Notes under the pieces: generated by a model
What the model saw: the letters and a program-made list of their open reading frames with translations, nothing else
What the model was told of the DNA's origin: nothing
Database searches by the model: none
Made by a program: the position numbers and the translations under genes
Origin: Candidatus Eiseniibacteriota bacterium
GTDB lineage: Bacteria; Eisenbacteria; RBG-16-71-46
Direction of reading: 5' to 3'
DNA length: 38,041 nucleotides
NCBI GenBank assembly: GCA_031366795.1
Contig: JANLOX010000205.1
Coordinates: 1-38,041 of the forward strand
Shown here: positions 36,909-38,041 of the stretch, piece by piece
Numbering within the stretch: the stretch's first letter is position 1
How the letters are laid out: each line of letters opens with the position of its first letter

Positions 36909-37865
36909 TTACTTCTTGGGGGTCAGCAGGCCGTCGGTCGGGAGCTTCGGCATGGAGGCGCTCGCGTCCATCATCTCGGGCGACACCACAACGAGCAGGT
37001 CGCGGTCAACGGCATTGGTTTCCGTGTGCGAGAAGAACATGCCGAGCAGCGGGATATCGCCCAGCAGCGGCACCTTGCGCACGACCTTGGTGCGATCGGT
37101 CTGCTTGAGGCCCCCGATCACGAGATGTTCTCCCGCGTTGAGGTGCACCGTCGTCTTCGTCTTGCGCGTGTTCACCGTGGGCACCACGAAACCGTTCAAC
37201 GTGACCGGATTCGTGAAGTCCAGCTGGCTCACCTCCGGCGCGACCTCGAGCGTGATGCCACCGTCGGGCTCCACGGTCGGGGTGAAGTCCAGCTTGATGC
37301 CGAATTCCTTCCATTCGATCGTGAACGAGACCAGGTTCCCGCCCGAATTCGACGCGATCGGGACGGGGAACTCACCGCCGGCCAGGAAACTCGCCTTCTC
37401 GCCGCTCTTGGCGACCAGCGTGGGGTTGGCGAGAATGCGCAGATCACCCGTTTGCTGGAGTGCCCGCCACGTGGCCTGCATTTTCAGGTCCCCCAACTTG
37501 TTCGTGAACCCGAAGAACCCGTCCGCCTGATCCCCCACCGCCAGACCGTCGATCGGTCCGTTGCCGGTGGTGTGGACTCCCGGATTCTTGGCGGTGAGGA
37601 GGCCGCCCTGCATGCCGACTCCGTCGCGGGTAATGCCCGCGCCATACAGATCGAACCCCAGGCTCTTGGCAGCCTGCTCGTTCACTTCAGCGATGCGCAC
37701 GTGGAGCGCGACCTGCTTATTAGCATTGGGGGAGTACACCTCGATGTCGTACACCCGGAATCTGCCGCCCTCGCCGTACACCACCAGACTGGTAGTGCCG
37801 ACCGTCTTGCCGTTGACGACCACCGTGCGCTCGGAACCGACCGCGGCGTCCGCGATGCGATGATC
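36909..37865 (-). CDS. cpaC: CpaC/RcpA secretin, N terminus missing or disrupted
   Basis: 'IADAAVGSERTVVVNGKTVGTTSLVV', 'LANPTLVAKSGEKASFLAGGEFPVP', 'EFGIKLDFTP' and 'KVPLLGDIPLLG'. The frame is closed upstream by TAG at 37866-37868, and no signal peptide is present. Confidence 0.88.
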   Translation of the reverse strand, partial: DHRIADAAVGSERTVVVNGKTVGTTSLVVYGEGGRFRVYDIEVYSPNANKQVALHVRIAEVNEQAAKSLGFDLYGAGITRDGVGMQGGLLTAKNPGVHTTGNGPIDGLAVGDQADGFFGFTNKLGDLKMQATWRALQQTGDLRILANPTLVAKSGEKASFLAGGEFPVPIASNSGGNLVSFTIEWKEFGIKLDFTPTVEPDGGITLEVAPEVSQLDFTNPVTLNGFVVPTVNTRKTKTTVHLNAGEHLVIGGLKQTDRTKVVRKVPLLGDIPLLGMFFSHTETNAVDRDLLVVVSPEMMDASASMPKLPTDGLLTPKK

Positions 37866-38041
37866 CTACGAGGTTGGATTCCGGAGGGCTACGGTCCCGA
37901 CGCAGTAGCTATGTGTGCTCGGCCGCAATAGCGCTTCGCCAAGAAAGGGATTTCAGCAGGCGCGCATGGTACTCACGCTGGCTGAACGCCCCGAATGGCC
38001 AGTCCCAAGCTACCGATCGCGCGCCTGAAACCGAAGAGGGC

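Noticed and set aside
1..38041. Genome-wide TAG reassignment (alternative genetic code)
   Set aside because: TAG ends many genes exactly at their expected C termini: protease 1, ppk2, the AlkZ-like gene, NMO, GH13, radC and tadC.
1..38041. CRISPR array, IS elements, prophage genes
   Set aside because: No regularly spaced repeats, transposase, integrase or phage-like ORFs were seen.

Overview
High-GC bacterial chromosomal window with no rRNA, tRNA, CRISPR array or mobile element. C-terminal FlgD-like tails and a 'TWGRLKxxYR' tail suggest an FCB-associated candidate phylum such as Ca. Eisenbacteria (inference only). 1-9.5 kb: a 5'-truncated MalT-like/TPR/SARP-BTAD regulator, then two paralogous secreted S8 proteases. 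Both protease genes are preceded by the same 11-bp-periodic CTCAA motif, which is the best candidate for an undescribed system here. 9.5-25.8 kb: YidE/AspT transporter, DinB-like protein, membrane protein, DUF1460 amidase, PPK2, AlkZ-like glycosylase, pullulanase, hot-dog thioesterase, nitronate monooxygenase, a secreted multi-domain GH13, two secreted hypotheticals and radC. 25.8-38 kb (minus strand): cpaC-cpaE-cpaF-tadB-tadC, an unannotated 25-aa membrane peptide, selA, a structured leader, smc and ftsY. In-frame TAG codons interrupt smc (twice) and the transporter, and cpaC breaks down near the window end. Sequence error is the most likely explanation, because TAG is a normal stop elsewhere in the window.
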